This document shows positions 18,112 to 27,171 of a stretch of DNA of 64,000 nt, in pieces. Under the pieces are notes generated by a model that did not search any database, was not told the origin of the DNA, and was given only the letters and a program-made list of their open reading frames with translations. Positions within the stretch are counted from its first letter, which is position 1; every line of letters starts with the position of its first letter. Location: positions 2,665 to 66,664 of the forward strand of contig NZ_JBCNLU010000023.1 of the NCBI RefSeq assembly GCF_039595295.1. Direction: 5' to 3'. Origin of the DNA: Roseateles sp. GTDB lineage: Bacteria; Pseudomonadota; Gammaproteobacteria; Burkholderiales; Burkholderiaceae_C. The position numbers and the translations under genes were made by a program.

Positions 18112-19528
18112 CCAGCAGCAGCACGGTCGCGTTCAACGCGAGTCCGACGATGCCGATGTTGAGCTGATGCACCCAGGCCGGCGCGAAGGGCAGCAGCTCG
18201 CGCGTGCCGGCGCCGCTGACCACGGTCGCGGCCACGAAGCCGACGCCGACGACGATCCCGGCCATCACGCCGTAGCGGTTGGCATAGGGGCGGCCGATCA
18301 GCGCGCACAGCAGCGCCGGCGCCAGCTGCGTCACGACGCCGAAACCCATGAGCAGCAAGGCCACGATGCTGGAGCCGCCGCGCAGCGTCAGCGCGACCGC
18401 GATGAGCGTCAGCACCGGCGCACCCAGACGCGACACGAGCATCAGGCGCGCGTCGTCCGCGCCCGGATGCAGCGGCCGATAGAGGTTGCGCGCCAGCAGC
18501 GTCGAGGCCGAGATCAGCATGATCGATCCCGGCACCAGCGCGGTCAGCATGCCGGCCGCGCCGATGACGCCAACAAACCAGGGATCGAAGGTCTGCAGCG
18601 AGAGCTTGAGCAGCGCCAGATCGATCTGACCGCCGCTCAGGCCCGGCACCTTCAGCACCGCGGCATAGCCGGCGAACATCGCGAACAGCATCACCAGCGC
18701 GTAGAGCGGCATCACCACGGCGTTCTTGCGGAAGCTGCGCTCGGTGCGGGCGGTGAAGACCGCACTGAAGGCATGCGGCCACAGGTACATGCCCAGCGCC
18801 GAGAGCGCCACCGTCGACAGGAACCACACGCCGCCGCGGCCGGGTTCGGCCAGCGCGAGAAAGCCGGGCCGGGCGGCCTCGATGCTGTCGAACATCGGGC
18901 CCAGGCCGCCGTAATGGTGGAAGGGCAGGTACAGGCCAAGGAAGACGCAGACGACCAGCACCAGTACGTCCTTGACGACGGCCGTCATCGCCGAGCCATG
19001 GATGCCCGACAGCATCACGTAGACCGTCATCACGCTGGCGCCCAGCCACACGGCGGCGGCCGGCGACAGCGCGCCGTAGGAGGTGATCTCGACGATCAGG
19101 CCCAGGCCCTTCATCTGCACCACCAGATAAGGCACCAGCGCGAGCAGCGCGACGGCCGCGACCAGCAGGCCCAGCGCGGGGCTGTCGTAGACCTTGGCGA
19201 AGATCTCGGGCTGGGTCATCGCGCCGTGCCGCCGGGCCAGGCGCCAGATCGGCGGCAGCAGCCAGTAGGACATCACGAAGGCCAGGGAGGTGTAGACCAG
19301 GATGTAGAGCGCCGCGCCGCCGTGGCCGTAGGCGTAGCCGCTGGCACCGAGGAAGGTGAAAGTGGTGTAGAGCTCGCCGGCCATCAGCACGAAGACCAGC
19401 AGCGCGGAGAAGCCGCGGCCGCCCACGCTCCATTGCGCCAGGTCCATGGTCACGCCGCGCCGCGCGCGCAGCGCGATGGCGACGGACAACGCCAGCGGCA
19501 GCAGGATGACGACAGCGGCGAGGTTCAT
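18020..19528 (-). CDS. Sodium:solute symporter (SSS) family transporter
   Basis: QWSVGGRGF..LMAGELYTTFTFLGASG; many hydrophobic helices. Confidence 0.9.
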   Translation of the reverse strand: MNLAAVVILLPLALSVAIALRARRGVTMDLAQWSVGGRGFSALLVFVLMAGELYTTFTFLGASGYAYGHGGAALYILVYTSLAFVMSYWLLPPIWRLARRHGAMTQPEIFAKVYDSPALGLLVAAVALLALVPYLVVQMKGLGLIVEITSYGALSPAAAVWLGASVMTVYVMLSGIHGSAMTAVVKDVLVLVVCVFLGLYLPFHHYGGLGPMFDSIEAARPGFLALAEPGRGGVWFLSTVALSALGMYLWPHAFSAVFTARTERSFRKNAVVMPLYALVMLFAMFAGYAAVLKVPGLSGGQIDLALLKLSLQTFDPWFVGVIGAAGMLTALVPGSIMLISASTLLARNLYRPLHPGADDARLMLVSRLGAPVLTLIAVALTLRGGSSIVALLLMGFGVVTQLAPALLCALIGRPYANRYGVMAGIVVGVGFVAATVVSGAGTRELLPFAPAWVHQLNIGIVGLALNATVLLLVSRLTRGLAAPTPAPAAPTPPAHSHRSVCR

Positions 19529-19788
19529 GAGCGATGGCCGCGTGGCGCGTTGGTGGCGGGCAGCGGGGCCTCGCCGCCGTCGATGCCGGTCTCGGCCTCC
19601 TCACCGCGGTTCGCGGGATCGAGCCGGTAGACGATCGCCATCACGACGGCGCACAGCAGCGTGCCCGAGATGATCCAGGCCATGAAGAAGGGCAGGCCGG
19701 CGACAAAGGGCCGCACGCGGTCGGCGAAGACGACGCCCAGCACCGCATGCGCGACGGGTAGCAGTGCGAGCCAGTGACGCAGCTTCAT
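19525..19788 (-). CDS. DUF3311-type small membrane protein coupled to the symporter
   Basis: GGAGG RBS; RVRPFVAGLPFFMAW; two TM segments; stop/start overlap with the SSS gene. Confidence 0.8.
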   Translation of the reverse strand: MKLRHWLALLPVAHAVLGVVFADRVRPFVAGLPFFMAWIISGTLLCAVVMAIVYRLDPANRGEEAETGIDGGEAPLPATNAPRGHRS

Positions 19789-19801
19789 CCGGCCTCCGGG
19801 T

Positions 19802-22681
19802 TCATGATCGTGTCGATCGCGCATGCACGCCGCGACCGGTGGCGGCAAGCGCGCGCAGCACCACGTCCGGCGTCGCCGGCGCCTCGCGCACGCGGGCGCC
19901 GGTGGCGTGGTGGATCGCGTTGAGGATGGCGGCGGCGGTGGGCACCAGCGCCGGCTCGCCGATGCCCTTGGCGCCGTAGGGGCCGATGGCCGTCGGAGCC
20001 TCGACGAAGAGCGTCTCGACCTCGGGCACGTCGTGCACCGTCGGGATCAGGTAGTCGTGCAGGTTGTCGTTGCGGCCGGGCAGGTACTGCTCCATCAGCG
20101 CGAGTCCCACGCCTTGCGCGACCGCGCCTTCGATCTGGCCTTCGAGCAGGGTCGGGTTGACCATGCGGCCCACGTCGTGCGCCGCCACGACGCGGCGCAC
20201 CCGCACGCGGCCGGTCTCGATGTCGACCTCGACCTCGGCCATCTGCGCGCCGAAGGCGTAGGTCGCGTAGGGACGGCCCTGGCCGGCGGCGTTCAGCGCC
20301 ACGGTGGGCGGGTCGAAGCGCTCCTCGGCGGCGATGGCGTAGCCGTGGACGTCGACGGGCAGGTCGGCCAAGGACAAGCGTCGCGCGACGCCTGTCCCGT
20401 CCGCTTGCGTGTCTGACCCCGTCTCAGCGCCGGTGCCGTCATCGCTTCGGACGCCGACCCAGCCAGGACCGAACACGACTGGCGCATCGGCCGGCGCGTC
20501 CAGCAGCGAGCGCACGCGGCGCAGCAGCGCGGTGCCGGCGAGGAAGGTCGCTCGCCCGGTGACGAAGGTCTGGCGCGAGGCCGAGGTGCGGCCGCAGTCC
20601 GGCGTCAGATGCGTGTCCGCGCCGACGATGTGCAGGCGCGTGATGGGCACGCCCAGCGCGTCGGCGGCGATCTGCGGGATCACCGTGTTGGCGCCTTGTC
20701 CCGCGTCGACCGCGCCCTGATGCAGCACCAGCGTGCCGTCGGGCCGCAGCCCGATGCGGACCGTCGACGGATTGGGCGACGCGGTGTTGCCGCAGCCGTA
20801 GAAGAAGGCCGCCATGCCGACGCCGTAGCGAAGGTGAGGGCGCGCCGCCCCGTTTCGTTCGTGGGCACGCTCGCGCGCCGCGATCCAATGCGGCCGCAGC
20901 GCATCGAGGCACGCCACCATGCCGACGCTGTCATCGAGTACCTGCCCCGTGGGCAGCGAGTCGCCCGGCCTCAGCGCGTTGCGGGCGCGGAACTCCAGCG
21001 GATCCCAACCGCCGTGCAGCGCGAGCTCGTCGATCAACTGCTCCTGCGACATCGTCGTCTGCGGCACGCCGAAGCCGCGGAAGGCGCCGGCCGGCGTGAT
21101 GTGCGTGTGGACGGCGCGGGCGCGCGCGGCGTAATGCGGCACACGATAAGGGCCGCCCGCATGCACCGGTACGCGGTTGGCGACCGCCGTTCCCCACGAC
21201 GCATAGGCGCCGGTGTTGTAGTCGCCTTCGAATTCGACCGCCCGCAGCAGACCTTGCTCATCGGCGGCGAGCGTGGAGACGATGCGCGCCGGATGCCGTT
21301 TGGTCGAGGTCGCCATCGATTCCTCGCGCGTGAACACGATGCCCACGGGGCGATCCAGATGCCAAGCCGCGACTGCGAGCAACGGTTGCACCGTCATGTC
21401 CAGCTTGCCGCCGAAGCCGCCGCCCACGGCGGTCGGCACGACGCGGATGCGCTCCGGCGCGACGCCCATCACCCTCGCGAGGTCCTCGCGATGCGGATGC
21501 GGCGCCTGCGTCGGCGAGCGGACTTCGATCGTGTCGCCGACGCGCCGTGCCCAGCCGGCTTCGGGCTCCAGGTAGGCGTGCTCGACGAAGCTCGACGAGA
21601 AGCGGCCGCTGACGACGTGCGCCGCCTCGCGGATCGCGGCCGCCGCGTCGCCGCGCTTCACGCGGCCTTCGATCAACTGGTTGCCGACGCGGCTCGCGTG
21701 AAGCTGCGGGCTGTCGGGGTGGGCGGCGTCCTCGACGCTGAAGACGGCGGGCAGCGGCGTCCAGGTGACCGGGAAGTCGGCGAGGTCCAGCGCGGCGACG
21801 GCCTCGCGCTCACCGGCGATCAGCGCGACGGCTTCGAGGCGGTGACGGGTCTCGCTCTCGGCGAGGACCGGCTGGTCCGCATAGGCCGGCGCGATGCCGT
21901 GGAGGTTGCGGCCCGGCACGTCGGCGTGCGTGAACACGCGGACGATTCCGGGATGGGCTTGGACGAAGCCGTCGACGTCGCCGAGCGTGAAGCGTGCGCG
22001 GTGATGCGGGCTGCGGACCGCGCGCAGGAAGAGGGCGTCGGCGGGAATGCCGTCGGCGCCGAAGTGCTGGCTGCCGTCGACCTTGCAGGGGCCGTCCAGG
22101 CGGGTGAGCGGCTGGCCGACGTTGATGCCGGTCTCGGGCGGCGGCGTGAGCGGGCGCGAATCGGCGCCGGTGGCGACCTCGACGATCGCGTCGACGATCT
22201 TGCGATAGCCGGTGCAGCGACACAGCACGCCGTCGATCGCGGCGCAAGCGGTGGCGCGGTCCGTCACCCGGCCCGCATCGATCGCGGCCGCCGCGGCGGT
22301 GAGCATCGCCGGGATGCAGAAGCCGCATTGCACCGCCTGGTGCGCGAGGAAGGCGTGCTGCAGGCGCGCGCCGGTGCGACTGGATTCGGCCAGGCCCTCG
22401 ACGGTCAGAACGCGACAGCCGTCGAGCTGCGCGACCGGCGTGATGCAGGCGTAGCGGGGCTCGCCGTCGACGACGATGCTGCAGCTGCCGCAGTCGCCCT
22501 GGCCGCAACCGACCTTGGTGCCGGTCAGGCCCAGGTCCTCGCGCAGGAAGGCGACGACGGTGCGCGAGCGATCGGCAGGCAGCGTGCGGCGCTGGCCGTT
22601 GATCTCGGCCCAGGCGGTGTCGCCCGCATCGGCGCATGCGTCGGCGGAGGGCGGCGTCGTGACTTCATTTGGAGGCGACAT
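19802..22681 (-). CDS. Xanthine dehydrogenase-family Mo hydroxylase, fused 2x[2Fe-2S] + Moco-binding subunit
   Basis: CGQGDCGSC, QCGFC, LCRCTGY; GGGFGGK, AFRGFG, QIEG, KGIGE catalytic Glu. Confidence 0.9.
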   Translation of the reverse strand: MSPPNEVTTPPSADACADAGDTAWAEINGQRRTLPADRSRTVVAFLREDLGLTGTKVGCGQGDCGSCSIVVDGEPRYACITPVAQLDGCRVLTVEGLAESSRTGARLQHAFLAHQAVQCGFCIPAMLTAAAAAIDAGRVTDRATACAAIDGVLCRCTGYRKIVDAIVEVATGADSRPLTPPPETGINVGQPLTRLDGPCKVDGSQHFGADGIPADALFLRAVRSPHHRARFTLGDVDGFVQAHPGIVRVFTHADVPGRNLHGIAPAYADQPVLAESETRHRLEAVALIAGEREAVAALDLADFPVTWTPLPAVFSVEDAAHPDSPQLHASRVGNQLIEGRVKRGDAAAAIREAAHVVSGRFSSSFVEHAYLEPEAGWARRVGDTIEVRSPTQAPHPHREDLARVMGVAPERIRVVPTAVGGGFGGKLDMTVQPLLAVAAWHLDRPVGIVFTREESMATSTKRHPARIVSTLAADEQGLLRAVEFEGDYNTGAYASWGTAVANRVPVHAGGPYRVPHYAARARAVHTHITPAGAFRGFGVPQTTMSQEQLIDELALHGGWDPLEFRARNALRPGDSLPTGQVLDDSVGMVACLDALRPHWIAARERAHERNGAARPHLRYGVGMAAFFYGCGNTASPNPSTVRIGLRPDGTLVLHQGAVDAGQGANTVIPQIAADALGVPITRLHIVGADTHLTPDCGRTSASRQTFVTGRATFLAGTALLRRVRSLLDAPADAPVVFGPGWVGVRSDDGTGAETGSDTQADGTGVARRLSLADLPVDVHGYAIAAEERFDPPTVALNAAGQGRPYATYAFGAQMAEVEVDIETGRVRVRRVVAAHDVGRMVNPTLLEGQIEGAVAQGVGLALMEQYLPGRNDNLHDYLIPTVHDVPEVETLFVEAPTAIGPYGAKGIGEPALVPTAAAILNAIHHATGARVREAPATPDVVLRALAATGRGVHARSTRS

Positions 22682-23519
22682 GGTTCACCTCCATCTCGAT
22701 GCCGCAGTGCGCGGCGGCGCGCTCGATGGCGACGCGCACCAGATGGCGGCGCAGCGCGGCGCTGCCGCGGTGGTCGTCGATGGGCGAGAGCTCCGGCATC
22801 GGCGTGTCGCGGATGAGGTGCGTCAGGTCGACGGGGCGGGCGCCCTCGAGTCTCGCCTCGAGACCGCGCAGCCGCACCGGGACGTCCGAGGCGCCGCCAA
22901 TGGCGATCGCGGCGCGCGCGGCGACGCCGTTCTCGTTCCATCGCAGGCAGAGCGCCGCCGAGACCGTGGCCAATGCCGTCCCGTCGCGATTGGCGAGCTT
23001 GATGAAGGCGCCGCGCTCATGCGGAGCGGGCGTCGGGATGAGCACGGCGCTCAGCAACTCATCCGGCCTCAGCGCGGTGTGGCGCCGCCCGAGCAGGAAC
23101 TGATCGAGCCGCAATCGCCGGACACCGGCCAGGCTGGCGAGCTCGACCTGCGCCTCCAGCGCGAGCAGCGGCGGCACGCCGTCGGCGATCGGCGAGGCGT
23201 GGCAGAGGTTGCCTCCCAGCGTTCCCTGCACCCGGATCTGCCGGGAGCCGACCTGGCCCGCCGCCTCGCGCAGCACGCCCGGCGTGAGCGGCGATTGCTC
23301 GATCGCTTCCCAGGTCGCGGCGGCGCCGATGCGCAGATGGCCGTCCGTCAGCGCGATGGGCTTCAGCGACGCGACCCGGCCGATGTCCAGCCACGTCGAC
23401 CCGGCGACCGGGCGGGACGGATCGGCATAGACGTCGGTGCCGCCGCAGAGCACGCGCCGCGGATGGCGCGCGAGCTCGGCCAGCGCCTCGTCGAGGGTGT
23501 GGACGCGAAGATGGTTCAT
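22665..23519 (-). CDS. FAD-binding subunit of the Mo hydroxylase (CoxM-like)
   Basis: LCGGTD, LRIGAAAT, VGSRQIRVQGTLGGNLCHASPIAD. Confidence 0.9.
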   Translation of the reverse strand: MNHLRVHTLDEALAELARHPRRVLCGGTDVYADPSRPVAGSTWLDIGRVASLKPIALTDGHLRIGAAATWEAIEQSPLTPGVLREAAGQVGSRQIRVQGTLGGNLCHASPIADGVPPLLALEAQVELASLAGVRRLRLDQFLLGRRHTALRPDELLSAVLIPTPAPHERGAFIKLANRDGTALATVSAALCLRWNENGVAARAAIAIGGASDVPVRLRGLEARLEGARPVDLTHLIRDTPMPELSPIDDHRGSAALRRHLVRVAIERAAAHCGIEMEVNHVASK

Positions 23520-23654
23520 CGGGGCAAGCGGCCGGTCCCAGGCGCGGGGCGCTGGGGGGAAGAGTCGTTCTGCCGGGCCGTGCGGGCGATCCTACAAGTC
23601 GAGGATGGCGCACGGTGCGCCCCGCGACGCCGATGCCGCTTGAGACCAGGATCG

Positions 23655-23674
23655 GCTACCTCTTCGGAGGTAGC
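23655..23674. other. Perfect 8-bp hairpin GCTACCTC-TTCG-GAGGTAGC
   Basis: Read directly; lies between tetR and the FAD-subunit gene; no U-tract. Confidence 0.55.
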
Positions 23675-23693
23675 GCGGCGCTCCCCGGCAAAC

Positions 23694-24356
23694 TCAATCC
23701 GCTCGCACCACGCGCTGCAGGCTGTCGATGACGAAGCCTTCCCACTGCTCCGCGGCGACGCCGTTGTCGATGGAATCGCCCAGGAAGGCGGACATCGTGT
23801 AGCGGTTGGAGGTGAAGAAGTAGGACGCCGACACGATCAGCAGATAGACGTCGCGCGCGTTCAGCGCCGGTCGGAACAGTCCCCGCTCCGCGCCCGTCGT
23901 CAGGATGCGGTCGATCAGCCGCACCGCGTGCGAGGAGTACTCCGTCGCCTTGTCCGACTTCTGCACGTGCTTGCCCTTGAGCAGGTTCTCCGTGTTGAGC
24001 AGGTTCACGAACTCGGGATGCCGCCGGTAGTAGTCGATCTTAAAGCGGATCACCGTGTTCAAGGCCTCCACCGGATCGTCCGGGTCGGCGACGCACTTGG
24101 CCTCGGCCTCGTCCATGCGCTGGTAGATGCCTTCCAGCACCGCGATGAACAGCCCCTCCTTGCTGCCGAAGTAGTAATAGATCATCCGGTCGTGCGTCTT
24201 CGCGGAGCTCGAGATCTTCTCGATGCTGCCGCCGTCGTAGCCGTACCGGGCGAAGACCTTGGTCGCCGCCTTGAGGATGCTGTCGCGGGTCGCCTGGGCG
24301 GCGGCCTCGCGCATGCCGGTGCCGCGCACCGCCTTGGTCTGCTTGGTCTGGGCCAT
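23694..24356 (-). CDS. TetR-family regulator (RutR-like)
   Basis: TRDSILKAATKVFARYGYDG...MIYYYFGSKEGLF; LLNTENL. Confidence 0.9.
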   Translation of the reverse strand: MAQTKQTKAVRGTGMREAAAQATRDSILKAATKVFARYGYDGGSIEKISSSAKTHDRMIYYYFGSKEGLFIAVLEGIYQRMDEAEAKCVADPDDPVEALNTVIRFKIDYYRRHPEFVNLLNTENLLKGKHVQKSDKATEYSSHAVRLIDRILTTGAERGLFRPALNARDVYLLIVSASYFFTSNRYTMSAFLGDSIDNGVAAEQWEGFVIDSLQRVVRAD

Positions 24357-24435
24357 GAATGTTCCGGTGCCCGGAGCGCCGCCATCCTGGGCGGCGTCTC
24401 CGTCCCGACGCGGGATCGCCGCGCCGGATGTTGAT

Positions 24436-24459
24436 TTCATGTAGCAGGCACTACATGAA
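24436..24459. promoter_or_regulatory. Perfect palindrome TTCATGTAG-N6-CTACATGAA, candidate TetR operator
   Basis: 9-bp arms, about 80 bp upstream of the tetR start. Confidence 0.7.
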
Positions 24460-24733
24460 TGTGGCGATGATACGCAGCGTCATGACTTCCGGCAATCGGG
24501 GGATCGCGCGGGGCGCGCCCCGCCGTGCGAGCCGCGTCCGCGCGCGAGCAGCGCGCGGGATCTCGATCGCGGATCGATACCAAGGTATGAGCGCCGCAGG
24601 CCGCTCGTTCAATTCTCCGCGGCAAGTGCCGCTGCTCTGATGGCGGACATCGCGGGGCGCCGCTCGCGCGTCCCCGGATCAACCCGCCGAACGGCCCTGC
24701 GCCGACTCGGCAACCCGCCAATCAGAGGCCCAC

Positions 24734-25564
24734 ATGTCCAAACGCATTCTTCGCACGCTCACCCTGTCGGCGCTGGCCGCCTTCGCCGTCGCTCTGCCGG
24801 TCCTGGCCAAGGACGCCGCGTCCGCTTCGGCCGCTCCGACCGCCGCGTCGGCGACGACCAAGCCCACCATCGTGCTCGTTCACGGCGCCTTCGCCGACGC
24901 CTCCAGCTGGAACGGCGTCGCCGGCGAGCTGCGCGGCAAGGGCTATCCCGTCGTCGCCGTCGCCAATCCGCTGCGCAGCGTCTCGGGCGACGCCCGCTAT
25001 ACCGCGTCCATTCTGGACAAGATCCCCGGCCCGGTCGTGCTGGTCGGCCACTCCTACGGCGGCTCGGTGATCAGCAACGCGGCGGTCGGCCAGACGCGCG
25101 TGAAGGCGCTGGTCTTCGTGTCGGCCTTCGCGCCGGAAACCGGTGAATCCGTGGTCCAGCTCGCGGGCAAGTTCCCCGGCAGCACGCTGGGCGACGCGCT
25201 GGCCGCGCCGGTGCCGCTGCCCGAAGGCGGCGTGGACCTGTACATCGACCAGGACAAGTTCCGCAACCAGTTCGCCGCCGACGTGAAGCCGGACGCCGCG
25301 CGCCTGATGGCCGTGGGCCAGCGCCCGGTGGCCGAGGCCGCGCTGAAGGAAGCCAGCCAGGGCACGGCCTGGAAGACCCTGCCGAGCTATTACGTCTACG
25401 GCAGCGCCGACAAGAACATTCCGCCCGCCGCGATGGCCTGGATGGCCGAGCGCGCCCATGCGCGCAAGACACTCGTGATTCGCAACGCCTCGCATGTGGT
25501 GATGGTCAGCCATCCGCATGAAGTCGCCGCGCTGATCGAGACCGCCGCGCACGACGCCGAGTAA
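24734..25564 (+). CDS. Exported alpha/beta hydrolase
   Basis: Sec signal; VLVHGAFAD; GHSYGG nucleophile; ASHVVMVSHP His. Confidence 0.88.
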   Translation: MSKRILRTLTLSALAAFAVALPVLAKDAASASAAPTAASATTKPTIVLVHGAFADASSWNGVAGELRGKGYPVVAVANPLRSVSGDARYTASILDKIPGPVVLVGHSYGGSVISNAAVGQTRVKALVFVSAFAPETGESVVQLAGKFPGSTLGDALAAPVPLPEGGVDLYIDQDKFRNQFAADVKPDAARLMAVGQRPVAEAALKEASQGTAWKTLPSYYVYGSADKNIPPAAMAWMAERAHARKTLVIRNASHVVMVSHPHEVAALIETAAHDAE

Positions 25565-25652
25565 GCCCCCGCGCCCGCGGCGTCCGCCCCTTGCCTGGCC
25601 GCCGCGGGCCGTGCTTTCCCGCCACTCCCCCTGTCCCCCCAAGGAGATCCTC

Positions 25653-26678
25653 ATGACGAATGAATCTTCCCGCCGCGACTTCCTGTCGCTCGCCGCCGTC
25701 GGTGGCGCCGGTCTGGCGCTGTCCGGCATCACCGGTCTGACCGGTGGCGCGCTCGCCGCGACGGCCGCCACCGGCCGCGAAGCTTTCGGTCCGGTGCGCC
25801 AGATCAAGGCCGGCCTGCTCGACGTCGGCTACGTGGACCTCGGCCCGCGTGACGGCACGCCGGTGATGCTCTTCCACGGCTGGCCCTACGACATCCACAC
25901 CTACGAAGAAGTCGCGCCGCTGCTGGCCGCGCAAGGCTTCCGCGTGATCGTGCCGCACCTGCGCGGCTACGGCTCGACGCGCTTCCTGTCCGATGCGACG
26001 CTGCGTTCGGGCCAGCAGACCGCGCTGGCCGCCGACACCATCGCGCTGATGGACGCGCTGGGCATCCGCCGCGCGATCATGGCCGGCTGCGACTGGGGCG
26101 CGCGCAATGCCTGCGTGGTCTCGGCGCTGTGGCCCGAGCGCTGCCAGGCGCTGGTCTCCGTCAGCGGCTTCCTGGTGCTGAACCGCGCCACCGCGCTGAC
26201 GCCGCTGTCGCCGGCCGACGAGTTCTCGTGGTGGTACCAGTACTACTTCGCGACCGAGCGGGGCCGCATCGGCTACGAGAAGAATCTCAAGGAGTTCGCG
26301 CGCTTCATCTGGCGCCAGGCCTCGCCGAAGTGGAACTTCGACGACGCCACCTTCGATCGCGCGGCGGCCAGCCTGGTCAATCCGGATCAGGTCGCGGTGG
26401 CTGTACACAACTACCGCTGGCGCATCGCCGCGGCCGAGGGCGACCCGCAGTACGAGGCGCTCGAGACGCGTCTGGCGCAGGTGCAGTCGGTGTCGCTGCC
26501 GTCCATCACGATGGAAGGCGACGCCAACGGCGCGCCTCACCCGGCGCCCGCGGCCTATGCCTCGCGCTTCAAGGGCAAGTACGAGCACCGCAACCTGAGC
26601 GGCGGCATCGGCCACAACCTGCCCCAAGAGGCGCCGGCGGACTTCGCCAAGGCCATCATCGACCTGAGCAAGTGGTAA
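25653..26678 (+). CDS. Tat-exported alpha/beta hydrolase, epoxide hydrolase/haloalkane dehalogenase type
   Basis: SRRDFL twin-arginine signal; HGWP; GCDWG Asp nucleophile; GIGHNLPQE; AAGGAG RBS. Confidence 0.85.
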   Translation: MTNESSRRDFLSLAAVGGAGLALSGITGLTGGALAATAATGREAFGPVRQIKAGLLDVGYVDLGPRDGTPVMLFHGWPYDIHTYEEVAPLLAAQGFRVIVPHLRGYGSTRFLSDATLRSGQQTALAADTIALMDALGIRRAIMAGCDWGARNACVVSALWPERCQALVSVSGFLVLNRATALTPLSPADEFSWWYQYYFATERGRIGYEKNLKEFARFIWRQASPKWNFDDATFDRAAASLVNPDQVAVAVHNYRWRIAAAEGDPQYEALETRLAQVQSVSLPSITMEGDANGAPHPAPAAYASRFKGKYEHRNLSGGIGHNLPQEAPADFAKAIIDLSKW

Positions 26679-26707
26679 GCCACTCCCGACAAGAAAGAGA
26701 CATCCCC

Positions 26708-27130
26708 ATGACCCGCATCATCGAGAAACCCCTGTACACCGCCACCACGCTGACCACCGGCGGTCGCGAAGGCGCCGGTGTCTCCAGCGACGGCGCGCTG
26801 GACGTCAAGCTCAGCACGCCGGGCGGCGGCGGCAAGGGCACGAATCCGGAGCAGCTCTTCGCGGTCGGCTATTCGGCTTGCTTCATGGGCGCGATGCGCC
26901 GCGTGAAGACCGCCGACAACGTGCGCGTGCCCGACAACGCCTCCATCGAGGCCGAGGTCACGCTGGGCACCACCGCCGACGGCGGCTTCGCGCTGGCGGC
27001 CAAGCTGCATGTCAACCTGCCGGGCCTGACCGAGACGCAGAAGTGGGCCCTCGTCGACGGCGCGCATCAGCTGTGCCCGTACTCGCACGCCACGCGCGGC
27101 AACATCGAGGTCTCGTTCAGCGTCGCCTGA
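26708..27130 (+). CDS. ohr: Organic hydroperoxide resistance protein
   Basis: GGREG, TNPEQLFAVGYSACF, AHQLCPYS.ATRGN. Confidence 0.93.
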   Translation: MTRIIEKPLYTATTLTTGGREGAGVSSDGALDVKLSTPGGGGKGTNPEQLFAVGYSACFMGAMRRVKTADNVRVPDNASIEAEVTLGTTADGGFALAAKLHVNLPGLTETQKWALVDGAHQLCPYSHATRGNIEVSFSVA

Positions 27131-27171
27131 ACTCGGCGTGGCGAGCGCGGATCGCCGGCTCGGGCGCAGGC

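Noticed and set aside
23655-23674. Hairpin as another copy of the TetR operator, or as a Moco riboswitch
   Set aside because: The half-sites are in the opposite order (CTAC...GTAG), and I cannot match a riboswitch consensus by eye. An Rfam/Infernal scan would settle it.
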